A DNA stretch of 64,000 bases from assembly GCA_942492935.1 (NCBI GenBank), contig OW818654.1, positions 3,587,918 to 3,651,917 of the forward strand, given 5' to 3'. Below the pieces are notes generated by a model. It was not told the DNA's origin and searched no databases. It saw nothing but the letters and a program-made list of their open reading frames with translations. This document shows positions 30,106-40,266 of the stretch, piece after piece (positions within the stretch are counted from its first letter, which is position 1; each line of letters begins with the position of its first letter). This stretch comes from an uncultured bacterium (GTDB lineage Bacteria; Bacteroidota; Ignavibacteria; Kapaibacteriales; UBA2268). The position numbers and the translations under genes were made by a program.

Positions 30106-30876
30106 TTATTTGCTTAATTTTTCTCTTTTTAATATATTTTTTAAACTATCAGGTTGCGAATAATTATTATTGTATAGTGTTGATTCCCATTCACCATACA
30201 TTGGATTTGGAAATACAACAAACTTTTCTAAATACTCATCTAAATTTTCATAAATTAATTCTTTCCCAAACGTTCTACGTTTAGCAAAAATTTCTGAAAA
30301 ATCAATTAAATTATCACCCAACAAAAGAACAATATTATAATTTTCTGAAATTTTATTTCTTCTTTCGGATTTGTCTGATGTAGTAGATTTTAATAGCACA
30401 TAATGACTATCTGCATTTGGGAAATTGTGCTTTTTCAAATTGATTATTGTGGGTAATAATTCCTTTTCTAAACGATTTGAAACATAGAAAACTTCTACCC
30501 CCATAAATTTTGCAAATTCAAGAAATTGAACAGCACCGGGAAGTGGTAATGCTTCAGCTTTATTAACCCATTGATTCCAAGATTCTGGATTATAAGATTG
30601 ATTCTTCAAGATTAACTCAGCTTGATATGGGCTATTGTTTAACACAGTTTCATCAATATCTAATACAATTGCAGGTTTCTTTTGATTTTTAAAATTATAA
30701 TCTTTCAACTTATCTACTAATAGAAACTTTGCATGATTATAAGTTTGTAAATAGCAAAATTCAGCTTCAGCAGATGTTTTAAACCAAGCTACTGCATTTA
30801 CACTTTGTTCTGTTAAGAGATTTTGAGAGAATAATTCAAGATTAATAAGAATTATTAAAAGAAGAATTTTTTTCAT
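30106..30876 (-). CDS. Class B acid phosphatase / 5'-nucleotidase, lipoprotein e(P4) family (HAD superfamily)
   Basis: Signal peptide. Motif IVLDIDETVLNNSPY (DxDET). Confidence 0.75.
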   Translation of the reverse strand: MKKILLLIILINLELFSQNLLTEQSVNAVAWFKTSAEAEFCYLQTYNHAKFLLVDKLKDYNFKNQKKPAIVLDIDETVLNNSPYQAELILKNQSYNPESWNQWVNKAEALPLPGAVQFLEFAKFMGVEVFYVSNRLEKELLPTIINLKKHNFPNADSHYVLLKSTTSDKSERRNKISENYNIVLLLGDNLIDFSEIFAKRRTFGKELIYENLDEYLEKFVVFPNPMYGEWESTLYNNNYSQPDSLKNILKREKLSK

Positions 30877-31201
30877 AATAATTTATCATTTATATCACAT
30901 ATCAATACAAAAATACAAAAAAGCTATTAATATTTCAGCATTTATACTTAATTAAATAATTGAAATTTGTACTTTGTGGAAAAATTGACAATTATTGTAA
31001 CAGTAAAGCCATCAAGAATAAATAGATTAAATGAAATAATTTTCAAATTTCATTGGCTTATTTAATTTGAAACATAATATATTAGCAATTGATAATTTTA
31101 AACATTTGAATTTATCTCAATCTACTTATAAATGAATTTCATAAAATGAAATTCACTAAAAGCAGGATGAACCTACTTTTAGTGAATATAGTTTTAAAAA
31201 A

Positions 31202-32800
31202 TTATGATGGATTTGATTTGTCTTTTAATGCTGAAAGGATGTCAACACCTGTTGCATTTTCAATCATTTCAGAAAGGGAAATTACTGAACCGGGCAGTTG
31301 ATTTACTAATTTACTTAAACCGGTTTGCTCGCCGGAATTACCGTTTTCAATAACAGAAATTTTATCAATTTTGATATTTTTAACAACCCCAGTAAGCATT
31401 TCGGTAATTTGAGGGAGCATATTAAGCATAAATATTTTATTGCCTTCACCATTTGCAGATAGATACGCTTGAATTTTGCGGAGCAAAATTTCAATTTCTG
31501 CATTACCATCAGCAATAATACTTGCAGCTTCACCTTTTGCTTTTAATTCCATAGCTTCCTTTTCAGCTTTTGCAGGTTCAATCACATCAGCCATAAGTCG
31601 CTTTTGTTGCAATTTAATACGTTCTTCTTCGAGTTCCTGTTCGAATAAAACTTTTGCTTTTTGTCCAGCCACTTCTGCTTCTTTTTCTTTAATAATCGCA
31701 ACTTTTTCAAGTTCTGCTTTCTTTACTCTATAAGAATTATTTTCAATTTCAACATTAGTATTTGCTTTAGCGTTTGTAACTTTTACATTTTGTTCTGATT
31801 CAATTTGAGCTTGTTTAATATTTTGTTCTGCAACTGCTCTTGCTTTTTCAGACCTTTCCTTTGCAACAGCTTCAGCTTCTTGTGTAGCAGCTACTCTATT
31901 AGCATTTGCAATAGCAATATTTTGTTCAGTTTCAATTTGAGCTTTCTCAATTTCTTGTTTAGCTTTAGCTTTAGCTTTTTCTGCCCTTTCAAGTGAAAGT
32001 GATTCAGCTTCATGAGTGGTTGCTGTTTTATTAGCATTTGCAACAGCAATATTTTGTTCGGTTTCAATTTGAGCTCGTTGAATTTCCAATTTAACTAATG
32101 CTTTTGCTTTTTCAGCTCTTTGCGTTGCGAGTGCTTCTGTTTCTTCAGCTTGGGCTTTGCTATCAGCTTCGGCAATTCTTGCTCTTGTAATAACTTCTGC
32201 AGTTTTTACACGACCAATCGAATTCAGATAATCACTTTCATCAGAAATATTTGTGATTTTCAAAGTATCAAGAAGTAATCCTAATTTGTTCAAATCAGTT
32301 TCAGCTTCTTCCATCAACGACTCTGCAAATTTAAGTCTGTCTTCGTTCACTTCTTCAGGTGTAAGAGTAGCAAGAATACCACGAAGGTTACCTTCCAGCG
32401 TGTCTTTTGCAATTTGATGAATTTCACCTTCTGTTCTGTTTAAAAATCTTTCAACTGCATTTCCAAAACTTGGCTCAGTAGAATTAATTTTGATATTTGC
32501 AATTGCCTGAACAGCCAAAGGAATTCCTCCTTTTGAATAAGCATTTGCGATTGATAATTCAATAGGTATAGTATTTAATGACATACGTGCCGCTTTTTCG
32601 AGCAAAGGTATTTTCAAAGCCCTGCCGCCTCTTATCATTCTATAACCTACAATTTCACCATTGTTAGTTTTACGTTTTCTTCCAGATAATACGATAACTT
32701 CATTTGGTTGGGCAATTAAAAGTAATCTGCTAATAGTAATTATTATAACAACAATTGCTAATGCACCAATACCAGCTAATGCAAGAATAAAATCTTCCAT
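31202..32800 (-). CDS. Flotillin-like SPFH/band-7 protein (YqiK/FloT-like) with triplicated coiled-coil repeat
   Basis: N-terminal TM plus SPFH domain. Three ~40-aa repeats (EKAKA..QEIEKAQIETEQNIAIANAN…TQEAE). Gene order NfeD-flotillin. Confidence 0.75.
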   Translation of the reverse strand: MEDFILALAGIGALAIVVIIITISRLLLIAQPNEVIVLSGRKRKTNNGEIVGYRMIRGGRALKIPLLEKAARMSLNTIPIELSIANAYSKGGIPLAVQAIANIKINSTEPSFGNAVERFLNRTEGEIHQIAKDTLEGNLRGILATLTPEEVNEDRLKFAESLMEEAETDLNKLGLLLDTLKITNISDESDYLNSIGRVKTAEVITRARIAEADSKAQAEETEALATQRAEKAKALVKLEIQRAQIETEQNIAVANANKTATTHEAESLSLERAEKAKAKAKQEIEKAQIETEQNIAIANANRVAATQEAEAVAKERSEKARAVAEQNIKQAQIESEQNVKVTNAKANTNVEIENNSYRVKKAELEKVAIIKEKEAEVAGQKAKVLFEQELEEERIKLQQKRLMADVIEPAKAEKEAMELKAKGEAASIIADGNAEIEILLRKIQAYLSANGEGNKIFMLNMLPQITEMLTGVVKNIKIDKISVIENGNSGEQTGLSKLVNQLPGSVISLSEMIENATGVDILSALKDKSNPS

Positions 32801-32823
32801 GTTAAACTCCTTGTATAAAAAAT

Positions 32824-33456
32824 TTATAAGTCATTTTTTTCTATATATGCCATATTATTAATTATTTCTAAAACTAATACTTCCTCGCCTCTCTTTAAAT
32901 AATCGTATTCAGAATTTTCTGCAATAAGTGCTTGTATTTCAAAATATTGACCACGGCTTTCAAGTAATAATTTGCCCGGTTTGTTTTTTGAAACTGGTAT
33001 TACAACTTTACCGATTCTTCCTTCGAGTAATTTAATAGAACTATCAGTTCCTGTTTCAGAATTTTTCAGATATTTCATAAACTGATACCCAAATCCTGCT
33101 GAAAATCCACCCATTACAAAAGACACCAAACCCGTTAAGATACTACCAAAATGTAAAAAATTCAGTACAGTACCAGTTAGACCAAAAAATGTAAGAAAGA
33201 AAATAATATTTCTAAAGCTGAAAAACTTAATTGCATCAGTAATGTGAGCTGAATTGTCTGAAAAATCTGTTGTGTGTTCTGCTGAATGCTCGAAGGAATG
33301 TGTTGTAATTTCATTTGTGGAGTCTATATCACCAAAATTATGGTCTGAATCAAAATCATGGTCAACATCACTATCTGTATCCGATGAACCACTAAAAAGT
33401 GAGACTGAAAGCAAAATTCCACCAAAAATTAAACAAGCAAGATAAATTGTCAGCAT
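32824..33456 (-). CDS. NfeD-family membrane protein (YqiJ-like) with C-terminal OB-fold
   Basis: TM helices. Acidic D/H-rich loop. C-terminal OB-fold-like segment (…GRIGKVVIPV…GKLLL..RGQYFEIQAL…). Immediately upstream of flotillin. Confidence 0.6.
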   Translation of the reverse strand: MLTIYLACLIFGGILLSVSLFSGSSDTDSDVDHDFDSDHNFGDIDSTNEITTHSFEHSAEHTTDFSDNSAHITDAIKFFSFRNIIFFLTFFGLTGTVLNFLHFGSILTGLVSFVMGGFSAGFGYQFMKYLKNSETGTDSSIKLLEGRIGKVVIPVSKNKPGKLLLESRGQYFEIQALIAENSEYDYLKRGEEVLVLEIINNMAYIEKNDL

Positions 33457-33719
33457 AATGATTTGTTCTATATTAATATTTCAAATTTTTATTCATTTCA
33501 AAAATCGAAATTTAAATAAATTAAATTGATTAATCAAATAAATTTGAAAAAAAATTAAAAAATACAGATTGAAATAAATATATAGAAAATATCAATATAA
33601 TAATTCATACTTATCTGATATTGGTTTGATTGAATCTATAACTACAAATTCACATAAGCAAAAAGAGCTTGATATTCAAGAATAGCAAGCTCTAAGATTT
33701 GTAAAAAAAGAAATAAATA

Positions 33720-34217
33720 TTATATGCCTAACTTTTCTTTTAATTTTAATTGTGTATATGCAATTAAACCGCCTGCTTTAACAATTGCTTGTCTTGCTGC
33801 TGGAAGTGGAATTATAGCAAATGTTTTATTTTTTGTTAAGTTTCGGACTTCTGTTTCAGTTAATTCGATTTCATCATCTAAATCTGCTTCAATATCAGGG
33901 CAAATTACTGTATTTAAACCAAGATTAATGCTATTTTGTAAAAATATTCTCGCAAAATCTCTGGCAATTACAGTTAAATTATGACCTTTCAAAGTTGATG
34001 CAGCTTGTTCTCTCGAAGAGCCACATCCGAAATTTTTTCCACCAATGATAATTGCTTCTTCAGATTTATCTTTCTTATTAAGCAAAGTATTCAAATCCGT
34101 TATATCAGAAAATGCAAACTGTGGAGTTTCAGATGGCAAAACAGTTGCCATAAATCTTCCAGGATAAATAATATCAGTTGAAATATCATCACCTATTTTA
34201 TAAATTACTTTTGCCAT
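33720..34217 (-). CDS. leuD: 3-isopropylmalate dehydratase/homoaconitase small subunit (LeuD type 2)
   Basis: 165 aa aconitase swivel domain (…IIIGGKNFGCGSSREQAA…). 1-nt gap from the large subunit. Confidence 0.75.
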   Translation of the reverse strand: MAKVIYKIGDDISTDIIYPGRFMATVLPSETPQFAFSDITDLNTLLNKKDKSEEAIIIGGKNFGCGSSREQAASTLKGHNLTVIARDFARIFLQNSINLGLNTVICPDIEADLDDEIELTETEVRNLTKNKTFAIIPLPAARQAIVKAGGLIAYTQLKLKEKLGI

Positions 34218-34218
34218 T

Positions 34219-35511
34219 TTATAAATCTCCTTTGTTTGGGTTGGAAATTACGCCAGTCAATGCTGAATAAGCCGCAACTGCAGGCGATGAAAGATAAACA
34301 TCAGAAGTAGGATTGCCCATTCTACCAAGGAAATTACGGTTCGTTGTTGCAAGTGCAACTTCTCCATCACCTAAAGCTCCTTGATGCACGCCAAGACAAG
34401 GACCGCAGCCGGAATTCATAACTACTGCACCCGCTTTCATCAAGTCAGCTACATAGCCAAGTTCAAGTGCTTCCTGATAGATTCTCGAAGAAGCTGGAAA
34501 TACTAACATTCTTGTATTTTTGTCCACTTTTTTGCCACGAATTATATCCGCAGCAATTTTTATATCGTCTAATCTTCCATTTGTGCAAGAACCTATTACA
34601 ACTTGATGAACTTTTGTACCTTCAACTGCTGAAATTGGTTTTACATTATCAACTGTATGCGGACAAGCAATTTGTGGCTCAAGTGTTGAAGCGTCTATTT
34701 CAACTACTTGAATATATTCAGCATCATCATCTGGCGATACAAACTCAATTTCACCTTGATAGTTTGCAACATTGCGCAGATAATTTACTGTTTCTTCATC
34801 TGGAGGAACAATACCACTTGTTGCACCTGCCTCTACACTCATATTGCATAAAGTAAGTCTTCCAGAAGTGGACATATTACGTATAGTTGAGCCGTGAAAT
34901 TCAAGTACTTTATAATTTGCACCTTCTGCGGAAATTTTTCCAATTAAATGCAAAATCAAATCCTTTGGTGAAACATATTTTGGAAGTTCGCCTTCAACAA
35001 CAACTTTGATAGTTGCTGGTACTTCAACATTGAGAATATTTCCAAGTGCCCAAACTGACGCCATTTCTGTTGCACCAATACCAAATGAAAAAGCACCTAA
35101 CGCACCGTGAGTTGTAGTATGACTATCAGTACCAACAACTATACCCCCAGGCAAAACATAACCTGATTCTGGTAAAATCTGATGACAAATGCCACCTTCA
35201 TCGCCTCGAATATCATGAAATTTTTCAATACCTTGATTTGCTACAAATTCTCTGATTTTTTTCTGATTGGTAGCTGTTTTTTTACTTTCAGCTGGAACTC
35301 TATGGTCAAAAATGATTGCTATTTTGGAAGGGTCCCATACATTTGCAGCTACATTCAAACCTTTATAAATCTCATTAAACTGATTGATAACTAATGCCGC
35401 ATTTTCGTGCGACATAGCCAAACTAACTTGTGGTTCAACAACATCACCTACCATCACTGTTGGTAAATTGCATTGTTTTGCTATTATTTTCTGAACAATG
35501 GTTTTTCCCAT
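34219..35511 (-). CDS. leuC: 3-isopropylmalate dehydratase/homoaconitase large subunit (LeuC type 2)
   Basis: 430 aa aconitase catalytic domain with Fe-S cysteines (…GSCTNGR…, …NSGCGPCLG…). Confidence 0.75.
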   Translation of the reverse strand: MGKTIVQKIIAKQCNLPTVMVGDVVEPQVSLAMSHENAALVINQFNEIYKGLNVAANVWDPSKIAIIFDHRVPAESKKTATNQKKIREFVANQGIEKFHDIRGDEGGICHQILPESGYVLPGGIVVGTDSHTTTHGALGAFSFGIGATEMASVWALGNILNVEVPATIKVVVEGELPKYVSPKDLILHLIGKISAEGANYKVLEFHGSTIRNMSTSGRLTLCNMSVEAGATSGIVPPDEETVNYLRNVANYQGEIEFVSPDDDAEYIQVVEIDASTLEPQIACPHTVDNVKPISAVEGTKVHQVVIGSCTNGRLDDIKIAADIIRGKKVDKNTRMLVFPASSRIYQEALELGYVADLMKAGAVVMNSGCGPCLGVHQGALGDGEVALATTNRNFLGRMGNPTSDVYLSSPAVAAYSALTGVISNPNKGDL

Positions 35512-35705
35512 TAAAACACCTTAAAATTACATTATTTTAATAAAATGCAATACTTTAAGATTCAAAATTAAGGAAAAAATATGTAATTATTTTTATTAGA
35601 GTGAAAATTATTTAATAACTTAACCAGAATTTTCAAATTTCCATTTCATTTACTAAATATATACAGCATTATTGAATATCATTTCAAAATTAAATTAGAT
35701 GCTAT

Positions 35706-36971
35706 TTACACTTTGATTGGTATTTCAATTGCAAATGTTGTGCCTTTGCCGATATTTGAATCTTTCACATAGATTTTGCCATCGTGATATTCTTCGATAA
35801 TTCTTTTGCATAAACTTAAGCCCAAACCCCAGCCACGCTTTTTGGTAGAAAATCCAGGGTAGAATATTTGCCTTCTTAATTTAGGCGACATTCCTTTGCC
35901 TGTGTCTCTTACAAAAATATAAACTTTTTTATCAGGAATTAGTTTCATTGTAATGAATATTTCACCAAATTTCTCTTCAACAGCTTCAGCACCATTTTTC
36001 AAAAGATTTTCAATAACCCAAGCAAACAAATCTGTATTTACCTTTACGTAAATATTATCATATAGACTTCGGTTAATCTCAATTCTTTTGCCAAGATGTG
36101 GTAATCTTCTATCGAAATATACGCAAACATTTTCAATTAAATCTGGCAAATTCACAAGTTCTTTATCGGGCATTGAACCAATTTTTGAGAAACGAATTGC
36201 AATTGTATTCAAACGATTTACATCATTCTCCATTTCTTTGATTGCTTCGTTGGTTAGTTCTTCGTCTTTAAAATCAGATTTCAATATTTCTAACCATGCA
36301 AGCATACTCGATAATGGCGTTCCAAGCTGATGTGCAGCTTCTTTTGCCATACCAACCCAAACTTTTGACTGCTCGTGATTTCGTGCAGAACTGAATGAGA
36401 AATAACCAAGAATTACAAATACCGTGATAGCTATTAATGCAATAAATGGAAAAAACCTCAATTTGTCAACCAAAGTGGAATGTGTGTAATAAAATTTGCC
36501 AATAATTTTCCCTTCTTGGTCCTTAACAATTATTGGCGGATAATTTTCTTGCATATTTTGTAAATAATCTACAACAATTTCTCTCTGTCTTTCAATTGTG
36601 GTTTTTGGCTTAAAGTCTAAATTCAATGTCCATTGTTCATAAGGTTCTTGTGGTTCGCCTTTTTCATTTGTGAAAATAATTGGAAATGTAATTGTTGGAG
36701 TAACTTCTTCACTGAAAAACAATATAAAATCTGCATCACTAACTTCTGAATCTGTGAATTGCAATGCAAGCAATTTTTGAAAAATTTTAGCATATAATTC
36801 TACAGATTTTTGTTCTCTAATAATTATTTCATTTACCAAAGAATTTGTAAATAAAACAATTGAAAGCATAATTGATAATGCAACAATTGCAAATGCAAGT
36901 TTTAATTGCCATTTCGATAAAGAAAAAGCAATAAAATCACCTATTTTTTTTTCAGGAAATAGTTTTGGCAT
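35706..36971 (-). CDS. Sensor histidine kinase (two TM, HisKA + HATPase_c), no adjacent response regulator
   Basis: H-box HQLGTPLSSMLAWLEIL. G-boxes DTGKGMS… and GWGLGLSLC. Confidence 0.8.
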   Translation of the reverse strand: MPKLFPEKKIGDFIAFSLSKWQLKLAFAIVALSIMLSIVLFTNSLVNEIIIREQKSVELYAKIFQKLLALQFTDSEVSDADFILFFSEEVTPTITFPIIFTNEKGEPQEPYEQWTLNLDFKPKTTIERQREIVVDYLQNMQENYPPIIVKDQEGKIIGKFYYTHSTLVDKLRFFPFIALIAITVFVILGYFSFSSARNHEQSKVWVGMAKEAAHQLGTPLSSMLAWLEILKSDFKDEELTNEAIKEMENDVNRLNTIAIRFSKIGSMPDKELVNLPDLIENVCVYFDRRLPHLGKRIEINRSLYDNIYVKVNTDLFAWVIENLLKNGAEAVEEKFGEIFITMKLIPDKKVYIFVRDTGKGMSPKLRRQIFYPGFSTKKRGWGLGLSLCKRIIEEYHDGKIYVKDSNIGKGTTFAIEIPIKV

Positions 36972-36975
36972 ATAA

Positions 36976-38226
36976 TTATTTCAATTCTAATTCATGTATT
37001 TTGCTTAATTCAATCTCTGTTTGTTCGGAAGTAATCATATTTTTCAACAATACTGTATTTCTATTTAATTCTTCTTCAGCTACAATGACGGAGTATTTAG
37101 CATTAAATTTATTAGCTTCTTTAAATTGTGATTTCATAGACCTACGGTTAATATCTGTAATAACTCTTAAATTTTTATTTCTAAACAATTCTGCAATAGA
37201 ATTTGCTTTTGCACTTAAATTTTGATTAGCACATACTACATAAATATCACATTCTGAATCAGATTTTTTGGATATATTTAATGCTTCAAGAATTAATAAA
37301 ATTCTTTCAACACCCATAGCAAATCCTACAGCAGGATTAGCTTTCCCGCCTAATTGTGCAAACAAACCGTCATATCTACCACCACCACCAAATGAATCTT
37401 GAGCGCCCAACGCTGAAGATTGAAATTCAAAAACAGTATGGCAATAATAATCCAAGCCACGAACTAAACGTGGTTGAATTGTAAAATTAACATCTTCTGC
37501 GGAAAGTAATTTTTTGACTGTTTCAAAATGTGTTGAACTTTCTTCATCAAGATAATCAAGAATGACTGGAGCTTTGTTGATAACTTCAATATCCTTTTCG
37601 CTTTTTGAATCAAGAACTCTTAGAGGATTATTTTCCAATCTCTGCTTAGATTCTTCTGATAAGAATTCTTTATTTTGATTTAGATATTCTATCAATGCAG
37701 TTCTGTAATTCTGTCTTGAGTTTTCTGTACCGAGTGTATTTATCAATAAATTATATTCACTAATACCAAGTTCTTTAATAATTTTATTAGCTAAAAGCAG
37801 TATTTCAACATCTGCTTCTGGATTTGGTGAACCAATAGATTCTGCTCCATACTGATGAAATTGGCGTAAACGTCCTTTTTGTGGTCTTTCATAACGGAAA
37901 TAAGGACCTATATAATATAATCTTAAATTTGCTCCATCTCTATCTAATGAATTTTGAATAACTGCTCTCACAAGTGCGGCAGTTTGTTCAGGACGAAGTG
38001 TGATTGATTCTCCACCTTTATCAGTAAAAGTGTACATTTCTTTATTTACAATATCGGTATCATCACCAATGCTACGTGAAAATACTTCAGTTTTTTCAAA
38101 AATAGGGGTTCTTAATTCCTTATAGCCATAAATTTGGGATACATTTCTGAATACATTTTCTACAAAATGCCAATCAGAAATAGTAGCAGGAATAATATCT
38201 TTTGTACCACGAACAGTATTAATCAT
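36976..38226 (-). CDS. hisS: Histidine--tRNA ligase
   Basis: Class II aaRS motifs (…YRYERPQKGRLRQFHQ…, …GGGGRYDGL…). C-terminal anticodon-binding domain. 416 aa. Confidence 0.9.
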   Translation of the reverse strand: MINTVRGTKDIIPATISDWHFVENVFRNVSQIYGYKELRTPIFEKTEVFSRSIGDDTDIVNKEMYTFTDKGGESITLRPEQTAALVRAVIQNSLDRDGANLRLYYIGPYFRYERPQKGRLRQFHQYGAESIGSPNPEADVEILLLANKIIKELGISEYNLLINTLGTENSRQNYRTALIEYLNQNKEFLSEESKQRLENNPLRVLDSKSEKDIEVINKAPVILDYLDEESSTHFETVKKLLSAEDVNFTIQPRLVRGLDYYCHTVFEFQSSALGAQDSFGGGGRYDGLFAQLGGKANPAVGFAMGVERILLILEALNISKKSDSECDIYVVCANQNLSAKANSIAELFRNKNLRVITDINRRSMKSQFKEANKFNAKYSVIVAEEELNRNTVLLKNMITSEQTEIELSKIHELELK

Positions 38227-38435
38227 AATGAATTTCTTATTTAAGTTCTTAAAAACAACTAAAATAATAAAACAAATCTTAAAAATAAAACAATTAAGAT
38301 TTTTTTTGGAAAAATATGATATATAATAACTTTCTACAAGCTCAATTTTTCAAATTTGAAAATGTCAACGGCTGATATTTTTATTTTTCTTATTTTTGTA
38401 TATTGTAAAATGATAAATTATGGAGATTATTTTTT

Positions 38436-39482
38436 ATGAAATTTATATTATACATTTGTGTTGCTACAATAATATTATTAGTATCTTGTTCGGATAATGG
38501 CTCGAATCAAACAAGCGATGATAAAATTAATGTATTATATCTTATGGATAGTACAGGACATTATAGTCAATTTGGTATTGAAGCAATGAACGGAATGAAA
38601 TTGGCTGGAAAAAACTCTGAAAAATTAAATATAATAACAATAGATACTAAATCTGATGCAAATTTTGCAATCATTGAATTTAATAGAATAATTTCTGAAA
38701 AGAAAATAACAGCTGTCATTACATTAACAAGTTGGGTTTCAAATGCAATTTCACCAATCGCAAAACAAAATAATATTTCACATTTTGCTATTGGTAGTGC
38801 TGTTTTTGATAATAAATCCTTAAACAATACAATTAGATTTACAACAGATGTACTTAAAGAATCACAGTATATTCAAACATATCTGAATAAATTTAACAAA
38901 GTTGCAATGATGTATTTTGTGAATGATTATGGAATTGGCTGGAAAAATAGAATGGAGCAAGGATTGGGAAATAAACTCACAAAAATTGTTAGTTATAGTG
39001 ATTTAAATGATGATTTTACAGATGAATTAAATTCGATTAATACCGAAAAACCTGATGTTTTGCTATTAATTAGCACAAAAGAAGCTGCCATTATTGCAAA
39101 ACAAGCTGCTCAACTTGGAATCAAAACACAGTTAGTTGGCGTTAGACCTACATTTTCTGACTATTTAAAAGATGAACCTACAGCTGAAGGATTTATTTTT
39201 TCATATCCAGCAATGGATTTTACAAATAAATTATTTGCTGATTATCAATCAATTTATGGAAAAAAAGCATCTGCTTTTTCAGCTGAAGGTTATGATTTAA
39301 TCAATTCATTAATTGATGCAATTAATTTAAATAAAATTACAAATACCGAAATTTTCGATTTTTATAAGAATAAATCTTATAATGGTGCTTTAGGTAAAAT
39401 TACATTTGATGAATTTGCCCAAGCAGATTATAAGTTTAGCTTAATGAAACTAACAAATAAAAATTATGTTACAATTGAATAA
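38436..39482 (+). CDS. Periplasmic-binding-protein type I lipoprotein (LivK/Peripla_BP_6-like ABC substrate-binding protein)
   Basis: Lipobox LLVSCSD. Overall fold-level resemblance to the Leu/Ile/Val-binding protein family. Confidence 0.5.
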   Translation: MKFILYICVATIILLVSCSDNGSNQTSDDKINVLYLMDSTGHYSQFGIEAMNGMKLAGKNSEKLNIITIDTKSDANFAIIEFNRIISEKKITAVITLTSWVSNAISPIAKQNNISHFAIGSAVFDNKSLNNTIRFTTDVLKESQYIQTYLNKFNKVAMMYFVNDYGIGWKNRMEQGLGNKLTKIVSYSDLNDDFTDELNSINTEKPDVLLLISTKEAAIIAKQAAQLGIKTQLVGVRPTFSDYLKDEPTAEGFIFSYPAMDFTNKLFADYQSIYGKKASAFSAEGYDLINSLIDAINLNKITNTEIFDFYKNKSYNGALGKITFDEFAQADYKFSLMKLTNKNYVTIE

Positions 39483-40164
39483 TAATCAGCTAACAATTGA
39501 TTTTCGTAAATATCCTTATTCTACAAAGATAAGACATCATGTTACAGCTTATCACTATTTGCCTATCGAGGAATTGAAAGTAGTACCTGAAAATTATCCT
39601 GTAGTACATAAAGAATTGAATTGGTCTAATATTTTTCTAAATGGGAAAAAACCAGATAGATTAGATATTGGGTGTGGAAAAGGTATTTTCTTACTAAGTA
39701 TGGCAGTTCAAACCCCAGAAAAAAATATAATGGGAATTGAAATTAGAGATATTGCTGTGGACTGGATAAATAACTACATTCAAGGTGAAAATATTCAAAA
39801 TTGTTATGCACTTCTTTATAGTGTTGCTAATGGTTTGCCTTTTATTGAAAGTAATTCCATTGAAGAAATTTATTATTTGTTTCCTGACCCTTGGCCCAAA
39901 AACCGACATCATAAAAGACGTGCTTATAATTTGAATTTCTTGAATGAAATATTTAGAGTATTAAAACCGGATGGAAAATTATATCTTGCTACTGATGTTG
40001 ATTATGTAGATTCCTATCAAAAAAAATTACTAAATGATTTTGGAAAATTTGAAATTAATGAAATTAAAGATAATTCAGATTGGAATTTACCTGTTACAAA
40101 TAAAGAAAGCTTTTGTTTGATAAAAAATATTCAGCAATATAAAACCATTTGCAGAAAAATATAA
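39466..40164 (+). CDS. trmB: tRNA (guanine46-N7)-methyltransferase
   Basis: SAM motif DIGCGKG. Signature FPDPWPKNRHHKRR. Confidence 0.85.
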   Translation: MLQLNNNQLTIDFRKYPYSTKIRHHVTAYHYLPIEELKVVPENYPVVHKELNWSNIFLNGKKPDRLDIGCGKGIFLLSMAVQTPEKNIMGIEIRDIAVDWINNYIQGENIQNCYALLYSVANGLPFIESNSIEEIYYLFPDPWPKNRHHKRRAYNLNFLNEIFRVLKPDGKLYLATDVDYVDSYQKKLLNDFGKFEINEIKDNSDWNLPVTNKESFCLIKNIQQYKTICRKI

Positions 40165-40266
40165 TAGTTCTTAAACTATATCAAGGTGGAATTTTCGGTA
40201 TAATATTTGATTTTACTTTATTGCTATTTTGATTGAATTTTTGCTAACTTAACTTGAAGAGTATCT

